A stretch of 63,914 nt of DNA, filler included, from Chiloscyllium plagiosum (taxonomy: Eukaryota), in NCBI RefSeq assembly GCF_004010195.1. It is 4 parts of one record of this genome, joined end to end, with 100 filler letters (N's around TTAATTAATTAA, not from the genome) between each part and the next. Parts side by side here need not be neighbours in the genome. Positions count along the whole stretch, not along the records: positions 25,015 to 48,175 come from NC_057715.1; positions 48,276 to 56,626 come from NC_057715.1; 2 more parts are not named here. One strand, given 5' to 3'. Under the pieces are notes generated by a model that saw nothing but the letters and a program-made list of their open reading frames with translations, was not told where the DNA came from and searched no databases. This document shows positions 38,561-50,769 of this stretch, one piece after another. Position 1 is the stretch's first letter. Every line of letters starts with the position of its first letter. The position numbers and the translations under genes were made by a program.

Positions 38561-39360
38561 TTAATCTTTTAATCTAAATGCTTGACATGGTAAGTGAAAG
38601 ATACAAATAATTATCTCATGAAGTTACTTATGGTAAACGTTTATGTCATTCACAACATCAATCAAATTCAACTAGGCCTGCAATATTAATAAACAAACAA
38701 ATAAATGTATGCTTCTCTTCCAAATGTTTGTGGATATATAACTACTTCAGCCATTGAAGGTGGACAGAGGTAATGTTTTGTCTGTTTGTTAATCTGTTTG
38801 TCTTTTTTACAACAATATATCTGAAAAACTAATGAACACATTTCAATAAGGCATGTCTGAGGAAGAACTGATTAGATTCAGTTTTGACATGCTGGGACTT
38901 TTTAAAGCGTCCATTATCATCAGGAGATAGGTTGAATGAACTTTTCTGTAGAATTTCTTGTTAATTGTTCATGGGGTATGGGCATCGATGGCTGGGTCAG
39001 CATTAAATGCTAAGTTTGCTCTACTGAACTCGACTAATGCATCTAGCTGTAATTCTTGAATGGCTTCAGAGTTGTTGCCATTCTTAATGTAATTGTAGAC
39101 TGTTCTGGGTTCTCTGAAATTCGTTTTTATTCATTCACAGAGTGTGGACATCGCTGGCTGGCATATTTATTGTCTATCCCTTGTTGCCCTTGAGAAGGAG
39201 GTGGTGAACTGCCTTCTTGAACTGCTGCAATCCATGCCCATGAATGCACAGGTCTTTCTAGACACCATTTCTAATTGTTATTTTTATCAATTTCTACCTA
39301 TATTACACAGTCATGGTGTAACTTGAAAGATGATTCTGACTGCATCATTTCTTTTTCATT

Positions 39361-40101
39361 TAGAGTCATAGAGATGTACAGCTTGGAAATAGACCCTTCG
39401 GTCCAACAAATCCATGCCGACCAGATATCCCAACCTAATCTAGTCCCACCTGCCAGCACCTCGCCCATATCCCTCCAAATCCTTCCTATTCATATACCCA
39501 TCCAAATGCCTCTTAAATGTTGCAATTGTACCAGCCTCCACCACATCCTCTGGCAGCTCGTTCCAGACACGTACCACCCTCTGTGTGAAAATGTTGCCCC
39601 TTAGATCTCTTTTATACCTTTCCCCTCTCACCCTAAACCTATGCCCTCTAGTTCTGGACTCCCCGATCCCAGGGAAAAGACTTTGTCTATTTATCCTATC
39701 CATGCCCCTCATAATTTTGTAAACCTCTATAAGGTCACCCCTCAGCCTCCGATGCTCCAGGGAAAACAGCCCCAGCCTGTTCAGCCTCTCCCTGTAGCTC
39801 AGATCCTCCAACCCTGGCAACATCCTTGTAAATCTTTTCTGAACCCTTTCAAGTTTCACAAGATCTTTCTGATAGGAAGGAGACCAGAATTGCATGCAAT
39901 TTTCCTACAGTGGCCTGACAAATGTCCTGTACAGCTGCAACATGACCTCCCAACTCCTATACTCAATACTCTAACCAATAAAGGAAAGCATACCAAATGC
40001 CTTCTTCACTATCATATCTACCTGCAACTCCACTTTCAAGGAGCTATGAACCTGCACTCCAAGGTCTCTTTGTTCAGCAACACTCCCTAGGACCTTACCA
40101 T
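39361..40101 (-). mobile_element. HER1/CR1 3' fragment
   Basis: ORF 39440..39895 QFWSPSYQKD...RVWNELP. Confidence 0.92.
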
Positions 40102-40109
40102 TTCTTTTA

Positions 40110-42143
40110 AATTTTCATGGACATGAATGTACAAGAATTCAGAGACAGTAGGTTTCAATTAGGGTGAAAGGCAAGACTGGTAGGTGTAGGGAATGCTGGA
40201 GGATTAGAGAAATTGAGAGTTTGGTTAAGAAAAAGAAGAAAGCATATGTCAGGCATAGGCAGCAGAGATCGAATGAATCCTTAGAAGAGCATAAAGGCAG
40301 TAGGAGTATACTTAAGAGGGAAATCAGGAGGGCAAAAAAGGGGACATGAGAAAACTTTGACAAGTAGGGTTAAGGAGAATTCAAAGGGATTTCATAAATA
40401 TATTAAGGAGAAAAGGGTAACTAGAGAGGGGATATGCCTCAATGATCAGCAAGGTAGCCAATGTATGGAACTACAGGAGATGGGGGAGATACTAAACAAG
40501 TGTTTTGCATCAGTGTTTACCATGGAGAAAGAAATGGAAGATATAGAATATGGGGAAATAAATGGTGACATCTTGAAAAATGTCCATTATTAGAGAGGAG
40601 GAGGTGTTGGATGTCTTAAAATGCATAAAAATGGATAAATCCCACGACCTGATCAAGTTTACCCCAGAACTCTGTGGGAAGCGATGGAAGTGATTGCTGG
40701 GTCCCTTACTGAGATATTTGTATCATCAGTAGTCACAGGTGAGGTGCTGGAAGACTGGAGATTGGCTAATGTAGTGCCACTATTTAAGAAATGTGGTAAA
40801 GAAAAGCCAGGGAACTATAGACCTGACATCAGTGGTGAAGGGAATCCCGAGGGACAGGATGTACATACATTTGGAAATGCAAGGACTGATTAGGGGATAA
40901 TCAACGTGGCTTTGTGCATGGGAAATCATGTCTAATGAACTCGACTGAGGAAGTAACAAAGAGGAGTGATAAGTGCAGAGCAGTGGACATAAGACATTCG
41001 ACAAGGTTCCTCATGGTAGGCTGATGAGCAAGGTTAGATCTAATGGAATACAGGGAGAACTAGACATTTGCATACAGAACTGGCTTGAAAGTAGAAGACA
41101 GAGGTGGTGGTGGAGGGTTTCTTTTCAGACTGGAGGCCTTTGATCAGCGGTGTGCCACAAGGATCGGTGCTGGGTTCATTGCTTTTCGTCATTTATATAA
41201 ATGATTTGGATATGAACATAGGAGGTATAGTTAGTAAATTTGCAGATTACACCGGTGTAGTGGACAACAAAAAAGGTTACCTCAGATTACAATGGGATCT
41301 TGATCAGATGGCCCAGTGGGCTGAGGAGTAGCAGATGGATTTTAAGATAAATGTGAAGTGCTACATCTTGAAAAGGCAAATCAGAGCAGGACTTATACAC
41401 TTAATGGGACGGTCCTGGGGAGTGTTGCTGAACAAAGAGACCTTGAAGTGCAGGTTCATAGTTCCTGGAAAGTGAAATCTCAGGTCGATAGGATAGTGAA
41501 GAAACGTTTGGTGTGCTTCCTTTATTGGTCAGAGTATTGAGTACAGGAGTTCAGAGGTCATGTTGTGGCTGTACAGGACATTGGTTCGGCCACTTTTGAA
41601 ATATTGTGTGCAATTTTGTTCTCCCTCCCATCGGAAGAATGTTGTGAAACTTGAAAGAGTTCAGAAAAGATTTACAAGGATGTTGCCCAGGTTGGAGGAT
41701 TTGAGCTACTAAGAGAGGCTGAATAGGCTGGGGCTGTTTTCCTTGGAGCATTGGAGGCTGAGGGGTGACTTTATAGAAGTTTATAAAATCATGAGGAGCA
41801 TGCATAGGGTAAATAGACAAGTTTTTTTCCCTGGGTTGGGACAGTCCAGAACTAGAGGTCATAGGTTTGGGGTGAGAGGGGAAAAATTTAAAAGGGAACT
41901 AAGGGGCAATGTTTTCATGCAGAGGATGGTGCATGTACAGAAAGAGCTGCCGGAGGAAGTGGTGGAGGCTGGTACAATTACAACATTCAAGGGACAACTG
42001 GATGGTATATGAATAGGAAGGGCTCAGAGGGATATGGGCCAAATATTGGGAAATGAGCCACAATTAGGTTAGGATATCTGGTCGGCATAGACAAGTTGGC
42101 CCAAGGGATCTGTTTCCGTGCTGTACATCTCTTTGATTCTATG
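40110..42143 (+). mobile_element. HER1/CR1 LINE fragment (ORF2 mid-region to 3' end)
   Basis: EDWRLANVVPLFKK, GVPQGSVLG and SKFAD motifs; 3' tail. Confidence 0.92.
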
Positions 42144-42480
42144 CCTTTATGAATGTCAGTAGCAACGACAGCTTTTGTTGCTGATTGATAATTGCCCTTG
42201 AGAAAGTGGTGGTTTGCTACCTCTTTGTACTGATGTGTGCAAATGCAACAAAGTGCTTTTTAACCGAGAACCATGTCATCGTTTTTTCACTGTTTTTAAG
42301 TCAAATCTGGCTCCCACGTTTTCTGAGCAGTCAAGGTTTGGAAGATGCTATTAAAGCAGGTTTCAAAAGTTGTTATAGTGCATCTTGTTGATGGTATATT
42401 ATACTCCCACTATGCATTGTTGACGGAGGGAACGATCATTTAAAATGATGCTTGGGGTGCCAGTCATGTAGACAACCTTG

Positions 42481-42641
42481 GCTGAAAATGTGTTGCTGGA
42501 AAAGCGCAGCAGGTCAGGCAGCATCCAGGGAACAGGAGAATCGTCGATTCTCCTGTTCCCTGGATGCTGCCTGACCTGCTGCGCTTTTCCAGCAACACAT
42601 TTTCAGCTCTGATCTCCAGCATCTGCAGACCTCACTTTCTC
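42481..42641. mobile_element. Penelope-like perfect palindromic mini-insertion
   Basis: 63-bp perfect arms 42481-42543 and 42545-42607, a 34-nt tail, and TSD CATGTAGACAACCTTG at 42465-42480 and 42642-42657. Confidence 0.9.
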
Positions 42642-43019
42642 CATGTAGACAACCTTGTCCTGTATGGTTTAGGACCTTCCTCTCATACAGCCATCAATAC
42701 AATTGGATAATATTCCATTATACTCTGACTTGTGTCTTGTAGGTTTTGGAGAACGGAGAGCAGGGTCATTCATCACTAAATTCCTAGCCTTCAACTTGCT
42801 TTTTTAGCCACAATACTTATATGGTTAGTCCAGTTAAGTTTTTGGTCAATGGTAGCCCTCAGGACTTTGATAAATTCAACAATATTAATATCATTGAAAA
42901 TCATTAAAGATGATTAGGGATGTGGTTAGTTCTAGAGCACAGATCTTCAGGATTACAGGTGAGGTATTGTTTGGGCCTTTAATCTTTGCTTTCAGTGATT
43001 TCATGTGGAGTGAATCCAT

Positions 43020-43288
43020 GGTGGAAGTTGTGGCATTGTGGTAGTATCACTAGGCAAATAATCCAGAACTTCAGAGCAATGTTCAGGGGGCATGGGTTTG
43101 GATCCCACCATGGAAGGTGGTGAGATTTGAATACAATATAAAGCTGGAATTACAAAACATAGGCTAATAGCAAACCATGAAGCTGCTGTCAACTGTGGTT
43201 GACCCTTAACTGGACAAACACAGATGGGCAATAAATGTTGGCCCAGCCAGTGATACCCACATCTTGTGAACAAATTATAAAAAACAAA
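43020..43288 (+). mobile_element. tRNA-derived SINE (same family as 19245-19593)
   Basis: TGGCATTGTGG A-box-like and GGTTTGGATCCC B-box-like motifs; tail GGGCAATAAATGTTGGCCCAGCCAGTGATACCCACATC. Confidence 0.7.
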
Positions 43289-43739
43289 ATCATATGGCAT
43301 AAATATTATGTGGGAGTTCAGGCAAAGGTTAAGATGGATTACCCAGTTGGCACGTCTGGATGGAGATGGCTGTAAATTCATCAGCTTTGTCTTTTGCAAC
43401 AGTGACTGGGTCCTCCATCGTTGAGGATTTGGATATTTCTGGAGGCTACTCTTTTCATTACTTGTCAAATTTGCTGACTACAATTCATGATGGATGTGAC
43501 AGGACTGTGGAGCTATGAGTTGACATAAACTACTGGTACACTTGGAATGAACAGTGTTACAGACTATCAAGAAGGGAAGTGTACAATAGGGATGTTGAAA
43601 CTTCAAGAGCTAATTTGAATAATCCAGAAAAAATCTTCTGCCAACAGCTGACAAGTGTGATATCAGCCCTGATACTAAGAACCCAAAAACGTCTATGGCA
43701 TGAAATTTGTATTGGGAGAGTATTCAGAATTTGGCACAG

Positions 43740-44385
43740 GAGGGAGAAGCAAGATTGAGGATAGCAAGCTGAATGAATTCTTGCATGTACTGGATGAATA
43801 CTCATACTAAAAGGGGCCATGAAATGTCCTTGGCAAACAGGATTATGGAAAATTCCAAAGCATTTTAAATATATATAAGGAACAAAAGGTAGCTTGGAAA
43901 CAGAAGATCCATTTGAGGACAAAGGAGTTTATGCATGAAACCGGAGGAAATGCGCAAAGCCCTTAATTAGCACTTTGGATCGGTATTCAAAAAGGGGAAG
44001 AAAATGATGGCTGTTGAGTCGAGAGAGGGGTTTGTTGATATTCTAGGGCATGTTGATGTAAAAAATGAGCAGGTGTTGGATGTTTTGAAAAACATTAAGG
44101 TAGACAAGTCCCCAGGACCTGATTGGGTCTATCCCAGAATACTGAGGGAGGAGAGGGAGGAAATTGTTGGGACTTTGTATAAAATCTTTGTGTCCTCTTT
44201 AATCACAGATATCCCAGAGAACTGGAAAATAGCCAGTGTTGTTCCTTTGTTTACAAAGGGCAACAGGAAATTTCAGGTTGGTGAGCCTTACATCAGATGG
44301 TAGGGAAATTATTGAAAAAAAGATCCTTGGGAACAGGAGTTACTCCCATCTCGACAAATGTCGATTTATTACTGATAGACAACAC

Positions 44386-44438
<53 letters not shown>

Positions 44439-45632
44439 TTGGGGGGGTTTGTGGGGAGGTTATGTCTCACAAACTGTATCGGTGGATCTTGCCTACATGG
44501 ACTTTAGCAAAGCCTTCAACCAAGGTCCCTCATGGCAGCCTGATATAGAGGTGAAGTCATATTGGATCCATAGTAAGATGGATACAGAACTGGCTTGGTC
44601 ATGGAAGACAGAGTAGCAGTGGAGAGGTGTTTTTCTTACTAGAAATCTGTGATCAGTGATGTTTTGCAAGGACTGGAGCTAGGACCCCTGATATCTGTAA
44701 CACATATAAATGATTTGGAGGTGAATGCACGTGGCCTAATTAGTGAGTTTATGGATGACACAAAAACTGGGGAAGCTGAGGATAGTGAAGAAGATTACCA
44801 GAGGATACAGCAGAATATAGATAGATAGGAGATGTGGGCAGAGAAATGGCAGATGGAATTTAATCTAGACAAATGCAGTTTGGAAGGTAGGAGGGGAGTG
44901 TACAGTTAATGGCAGAACTCTTAGAAGCAAGAACATGCAAAGGGATCGAGCTGTACATGTCCACAGTTCCTTTAAAGCTGCAACACAAGTGATAAGGTGG
45001 TCAAGAAGTCTTTGGAATGTTTTCCTTCATTACTTGTGCATCGATGTTAAAATTGGCAGGTAATGTTGCAGCTGTATAGAACTTTAGTTCGGATATATTT
45101 GGAATATTGCATATATTTCTGGTTATCATACTACCACAGGATATGAAGGCTTTAGAGAGGCTACAGAAAAGGTTTACCAGGATGTTACATAGTTTGGAAG
45201 GTATTAGTTATGAGGAGAGTTTGGACAAACTTGCTTTGTTTTTACTTGAATGTCAGAGGCTGAAGGGTGACTTGAAGCAAGTTTATAAAACTACGCAAGA
45301 CATGGATAGAATGGATTGTCTCAGGATAGAAATGTCAATTATGAGGGGGCACAGGTGTAAGCTGAAAGGGGGTACATTTAAAGATATGCCGAGAGGCAAG
45401 TTTTTTCACAGAAGGTGATAGGTGCTGGGAGTGTACTGCCAGAGGAGATGGTAGAAGCAGACAGAACAGTAACATTTAACAGGCATTTTGACTGATACAT
45501 GAATAAGCAGGAAATAAAGGAATATGGTCCATATAGAGGTAAAATATTTTTAGATTGGAAAGACGTTGAGTGTCGGTGCAAGCTTGTTACACCAAAGGGC
45601 CTGTTCCACTGCAGCACTATTCTTTGTTCTTT
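43740..45632 (+). mobile_element. Decayed CR1 LINE ORF2 to 3' end
   Basis: KSPGPDWVYPRILRE, YMDFSKAFN and LERLQKRFTRML motifs. Confidence 0.88.
44388..44436. repeat. (GT)n microsatellite, ~24 units
   Basis: Direct reading. Confidence 0.97.
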
Positions 45633-45635
45633 GAT

Positions 45636-46015
45636 TTAACACAGGGTTTTCAAAGTCATGAAAGGGCTGAATAGAGCAGATAGGGAGAAGCTGTTCCTAC
45701 TTGTGAAAGATAAAAAGAGATGAGAGGGCATAGAGTTAAAGCAACATGAAAAACAAGCAAGGATGATGTGAGAAAAACGCTTGCACATAGCAAATAGTTT
45801 GAGTATGGACTGCACTGATTGGAAATGTGTGGGGGCAAATTCAATTGAGGCATTCAAGATGACATTGAATGATTATTTGGATAAAAATTAATGTGCAAGG
45901 ATACGGAAATAAAGGAGGTGATTAGTGCCAGGTAATGATGCTCATTTGAAGAGCTGGTGCAGGCGCAGAAGGTCAAATGGCCTCTTTCTGTGCCATAACA
46001 ATTCTGCGATTTTAT
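45636..46015 (+). mobile_element. Old CR1 3' fragment
   Basis: VFKVMKGLNRAD-like remnant and CR1-type 3' end. Confidence 0.6.
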
Positions 46016-46385
46016 GACAGTACATGACGGGCTGACATGTATCTTCAATAGGTCTCTGCACATTTACAAATACTTGCTGTGTTCTTCTGTAATTCTTTTT
46101 CCACATCATCAGATTTGATTATTCCTGCCTACCCATCTACTTTATTATAATTTTGAAATTTGACCAAATTGCCAGCTCTTTGTAAATGCAGGATATTGAT
46201 GCTGACGTGTAATAGTGTGGGCAAAACACCAATCCATGGAGCATTCATTTCCAATCTGAGATCATTCCCAATGCTTCTCTATCTCATGAAACCGTAATTA
46301 AAGGCTTCTTCAAAGTCTCACAAATTGTTCAAGGTTGTAGAAATGTTTGGATATCTAATTGAGATGTCAGCTCCTCAGAAAATCC

Positions 46386-46909
46386 AAATGAACTTCAGTT
46401 GAGGGTAATTTGGATGTTTTTAAGGAAACATCCTTAAAAAGGCAGGCAGGATCTCTTCCTTGTGAAACTATGTTGTTTCACCCTGGCACTTGTCAACTTA
46501 AGTCCCAAGTATAATTTCAATTATTCTACATGTTATAGCTGGATCAGCACTGCACACTAATCAAAAATTAATGCCATTTTTTTTTCTTTTAATCTAGTAG
46601 GACTTAGCTCATTAAATGATCTTGATTTATTTTATTTTTTTTCTCTCATAATTTAATAGCAACTGTCATATTTCGCTTTTTGAGCAGTGTGTGTTTAAAG
46701 TTCTCTGTAGACTCTGAGTCGCTGTTTCACATTTTTTTGGCTATCTATATGTTCGTGATTTGCCACACATTTTTACCTTTTTTTTCTTGCTTATGTGCCT
46801 CTACTTTGTCTTTAATCTTTGGTCACTAGCCCTAGGAATGTACTTAAACTGTGTCCCTCAGTAGGTTTTCCTTAAAAACATCCAAATTACCCTCAACTGA
46901 AGTTCATTT
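46386..46909. repeat. Perfect 43-bp inverted repeat (46386-46428 and 46867-46909)
   Basis: AAATGAACTTCAGTTGAGGGTAATTTGGATGTTTTTAAGGAAA and its exact reverse complement. Confidence 0.92.
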
Positions 46910-47491
46910 CAGTAGTACCCATCAGTCAAATTCCTTAAATTCTTTGCTTAATCCTTTATATTTGCTCTTTTTATAGTTGGGTAAATGGACATCAGTTTGC
47001 CCTGGATCACATCAAGCATAATCATATTATTGAGGCAGTTGTTCAACTATTCTGCTTTTCTGGCATGCTATCTGGGTCAATCCCATTGCCATGTTTGAGG
47101 TGTGATACCTCTCATGGTATTATTAATGCATTGGATCATAAATTAGTCATACATTATATTCACCAACTTGGATTCTTGATTGCTTGGCATTTCCAGTTAA
47201 TCTCAGGTTTGTTAAAGTCCATGATTAGTATGATCATTTTGTTTGCACGCACCTTCCTAATCTCTTCAGTGGAATTGCCTGTCATTTTGTTTTGACTGAG
47301 TGATCAATAGAGTTTTCAATATCAACTTTGTGGCTGTGATTTCCTGGAGAAAGTCTCTTTACACTGATTTTTTTCAGTTAAACTGTTTTGTTCCCAACCT
47401 TTTCTGTATCAGACAAATGTATTTGTATCTCAGACTTCATGCGACATGGTGTGACATGTTGAACAAAGTGAAAAGTTTGTGTTCTGGTAGT

Positions 47492-48175
47492 ATAGAACAT
47501 AGAACATAGAACAATACAGCACAGAACAGGCCCTTCGGCCCACGATGTTGTGCCGAACATATGTCCTAGCTTAAGCACCCATCCATGTACCTATCCAATT
47601 GCCGCTTAAAGGTCACCAAAGATTCTGACTCTACCACTCCCACAGGCAGCGCATTCCATGCCCCCACCACTCTCTGGGTAAAGAACCCACCCCTGACATC
47701 TCCCCTATACCTTCCACCCTTCACCTTAAATTTATGTCCCCTTGTAACACTCGGTTGTGCCCGGGGAAAAAGTTTCTGACTGTCTACTCTACCTATTCCT
47801 CTGATCATCTTATAAACCTCTACCAAGTCACCCCTCATCCTTCGCCGTTCCAACGAGAAAAGGCCGAGAACTCTCAACCTATCCTCGTACGACTTATTCT
47901 CCATTCCAGGCAACATCCTGGTAAATCTTCTCTGCAACCTCTCCAAAGCTCCCACATCTTTCCTAAAGTGAGGCGACCAGAACTGCACACAGTACTCCAA
48001 CTGTGGCCTAACCAAAGTCCTGTACAGCTGCAACATCACTTCACGACTCTTGAATTCAATCCCTCTGCTAATGAACGATAATACTCCATAGGCCTTCTTA
48101 CAAACTCTATCCACCTGAGTGGCAACCTTCAAAGATCTATGTACATAGACACCAAGATCCCTCTGTTCCTCCACC
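47492..48175 (-). mobile_element. Young CR1 3' end, cut by a gap
   Basis: Uninterrupted 202-aa ORF2 C-terminus (47566..48174); (CATAGAA)n tail. Confidence 0.93.
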
Positions 48176-48275
48176 NNNNNNNNNNNNNNNNNNNNNNNNN
48201 NNNNNNNNNNNNNNNNNNNTTAATTAATTAANNNNNNNNNNNNNNNNNNNNNNNNNNNNNNNNNNNNNNNNNNNN
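48176..48275. other. Assembly gap with TTAATTAATTAA linker
   Basis: Direct reading. Confidence 0.95.
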
Positions 48276-48381
48276 GGCACACTTTCCTCATTCCTGAAGA
48301 AGGGCTCATGCCCGAAACGTCGATTCTCCTGCTCCTTGGATGCTGCCTGACCTGCTGCACTTTTCCAGCAACACATTTTCA
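48276..48381 (+). mobile_element. Penelope-like pseudo-LTR with intact minimal hammerhead-like core
   Basis: CTGAAGA-AGGGC-TCAT-GCCC-GAAACGTC at 48294-48321. Confidence 0.8.
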
Positions 48382-49051
48382 ACCCAGGTTAATTGGTTTG
48401 CTAAGAAGGCATACGGTATGTTCACTCTTATTGGTAGAGCGATTGAGTTTTGGAACCATGAGATCATGCTGCAGCTGTACAAAACTCTGGTGGGGCCACA
48501 TTTGGAGTATTGCATACAGTTCTGGTCACCACATTATCAGAAAGTTTTGGAAGCTTTGGAAAGGGTTCAGTATTGCAGGACTGTATGACTCTATGAGAGA
48601 AGCAAGAAAGGACAAGGAAGTGGAGAGACCGAAGAGTTTGCAGGGCACCACAGAGAAAGGGACAGATGAATACATTACTGCAATCGGAACAAAGGCACAG
48701 AAAAATGCAATGAGAGTTTCAAATATTGGAATGGGGAGTTCTGGCAGGTGTTGAAATTCAGGGGAGGTCTCAAATAAAGGAAACAGCAGAATTGTAAGAC
48801 TCATGCTCTGTTGGACTGAATGGAGTTATTTTCTTTCAGTGTCCCTCATTGTCAGGGTCCAGATCTTGGTCTTGATCTCTGTCACTATCACTGTCACTAC
48901 TGGTGTGGCAATCTACGCTGGTGCCGTTTCTTGGAGCAGGCATTGCTGACATTGCTTTTAGAAAATAGGGAAAAAGCCGACTGGAATTTCAAGGGCATGC
49001 TATACAAGGAATCTCTCTGATGAAATCATCAATTTCTGTTTCTCTTTTCAG

Positions 49052-49251
49052 TTGATGAAGTGAGCGGTTCTGGGAGTGGGAGTGGTTGCACGGATGAAAT
49101 GTGCTCTCCAGAATCTGATATTTCAATAACTGAGGCTCCACCAGGACCCAACAAGAGTGAACCAAAAGATTCTTCAGTCAGACCCTGCCCGCACTGGCTG
49201 GTCATACTTGTCACCTCTGTACTCCTGGTGCTGCAAAGACAGTGGAGATAA
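49052..49251 (+). CDS. GPC6: Terminal coding exon of a glypican (GPC4/GPC6 subfamily, most like glypican-6)
   Basis: Polypyrimidine tract and AG at 49050-49051; phase-1 entry; DEVSGSGSGSGCTDEMC (Ser-Gly GAG sites in acidic context), TEAP, hydrophobic GPI signal LVILVTSVLLVLQRQWR; TAA at 49249-49251. Confidence 0.85.
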
Positions 49252-50769
49252 TCAGTGATGTACAATAAAGACACTGCCTTTTTAATAAAGGACAAACTCT
49301 CTTTTCCTTTTGGATACATTTTCAAACACACAACTCAATCTTGGAACAGTAACGGTTTTAAAGCAGAAGAGAAGAGGTACTTAGCCTACTGCCTTTACCC
49401 AAAGACCATTCAGGTACAGTCAATCAGTGCCAGGTTTCTTTATATTCACCCAGGCATCAAATGAAAAGAAAAGCTCTCTGATGAATCTTAACCTGCAGTT
49501 GGCTTTATTTCCAGAAACAAGACAACATCCTCTCTGCTTATTTTATGCAGCTAAAACAAAAAAAAACAGGATTTGTTAAATGACTTGGCCTGGACTTGTT
49601 ATGATTTATACATAATTCTGCTTTTAATATCTAAGTTCTACTTTTACAGTTTCCAAAAAGCAAAAGGAATGGCTGGAAAACATGCTGGATAATAGGAATT
49701 GTTTCTGTTGTTTCTCTTTATAGAGACTTCTACACTAATGGTGAAGTTCAGTAACAATGATGCATGAATGTTATTGGTTTAGTGGTGCAGTTCTCCTCAA
49801 CCAGCCAACTATTTTGTTGGATTGTCAATTAGGAAATAGGAAATTTACAGGTTTATTAACAGGATTAATAATTGGCTTTTTCTTGTCATCCGTGAATAAT
49901 TTGCAGTGTTACAAATATGTCTGCAGTTACCCCTAATGCTCCTCTGTTTGTCTAATGCTCCCTGTCTTTTTAATAGGTTCCTGAACAACAAATAGTTCTA
50001 CTGTTGCCAGTCATGTAACAAACATGCAAAAAGCAGAATTATAGTTTTATTTTCAACTTTTAGTTCTAGTGGTAATCATCTATTTTTATATTAAAGCTTT
50101 TAAGTAATTCTAAGTGTTAGCTCAGGGTTTAAATATCATTGCATCACCCGCATTTTACCTTATTTCTAATCCTCACCACAATAGTGATTCAGAAACGTTT
50201 ATATTGAAAAAAGGACAAGTTATACAGTTGCAGAACACCATTTGGCAATATATTTGATGATTGCTTTGTGTCATCACTATTCATCAGAAGAAAGTATCTG
50301 ATATTTGTATGAATTTGCCTTTGCTGTTCTGTCACATAGGTATATCTGTAGCAAATGATTATAGTTCACTTAGTTACATGCAATATCTCTCTGATGCAGT
50401 CTGGGTGAAGTTTTCAGTCACAGCATGTTACTATTAAGAGAAAAATTAGAATCCATATCTTTCAATCCTTTGAACACATTATGCAGCTTCCAAAAGGTGC
50501 ATCTGATGAACAGCTGAACAACAAAGCTTAGAACCATGTGAAAACATGCTGAACCAAAGAACAGTTCTAATCTGTCATTTGTCAGCTTTCTGAGCACAAC
50601 CATATCTTACCTACACCAAAAAGATCCTCATTGCAAACTAAGGCCTACTTACTACAAATGAGTATTATTTTTGTGATAACTTATCATTATTGTTTTCTTT
50701 TCATGTTGGACACAACTGAGAGTCATTCTCTAAGTATAATTTTGAACATAATTGTAGGAGCTCAATTAT

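Noticed and set aside
48308..48754. 148-aa ORF upstream of the glypican exon
   Set aside because: Chimeric across a PLE pseudo-LTR, a CR1 fragment and other repeat-like DNA; no glypican similarity
49029..49331. 100-aa antisense ORF over the glypican exon
   Set aside because: Shadow of the coding exon; no independent evidence
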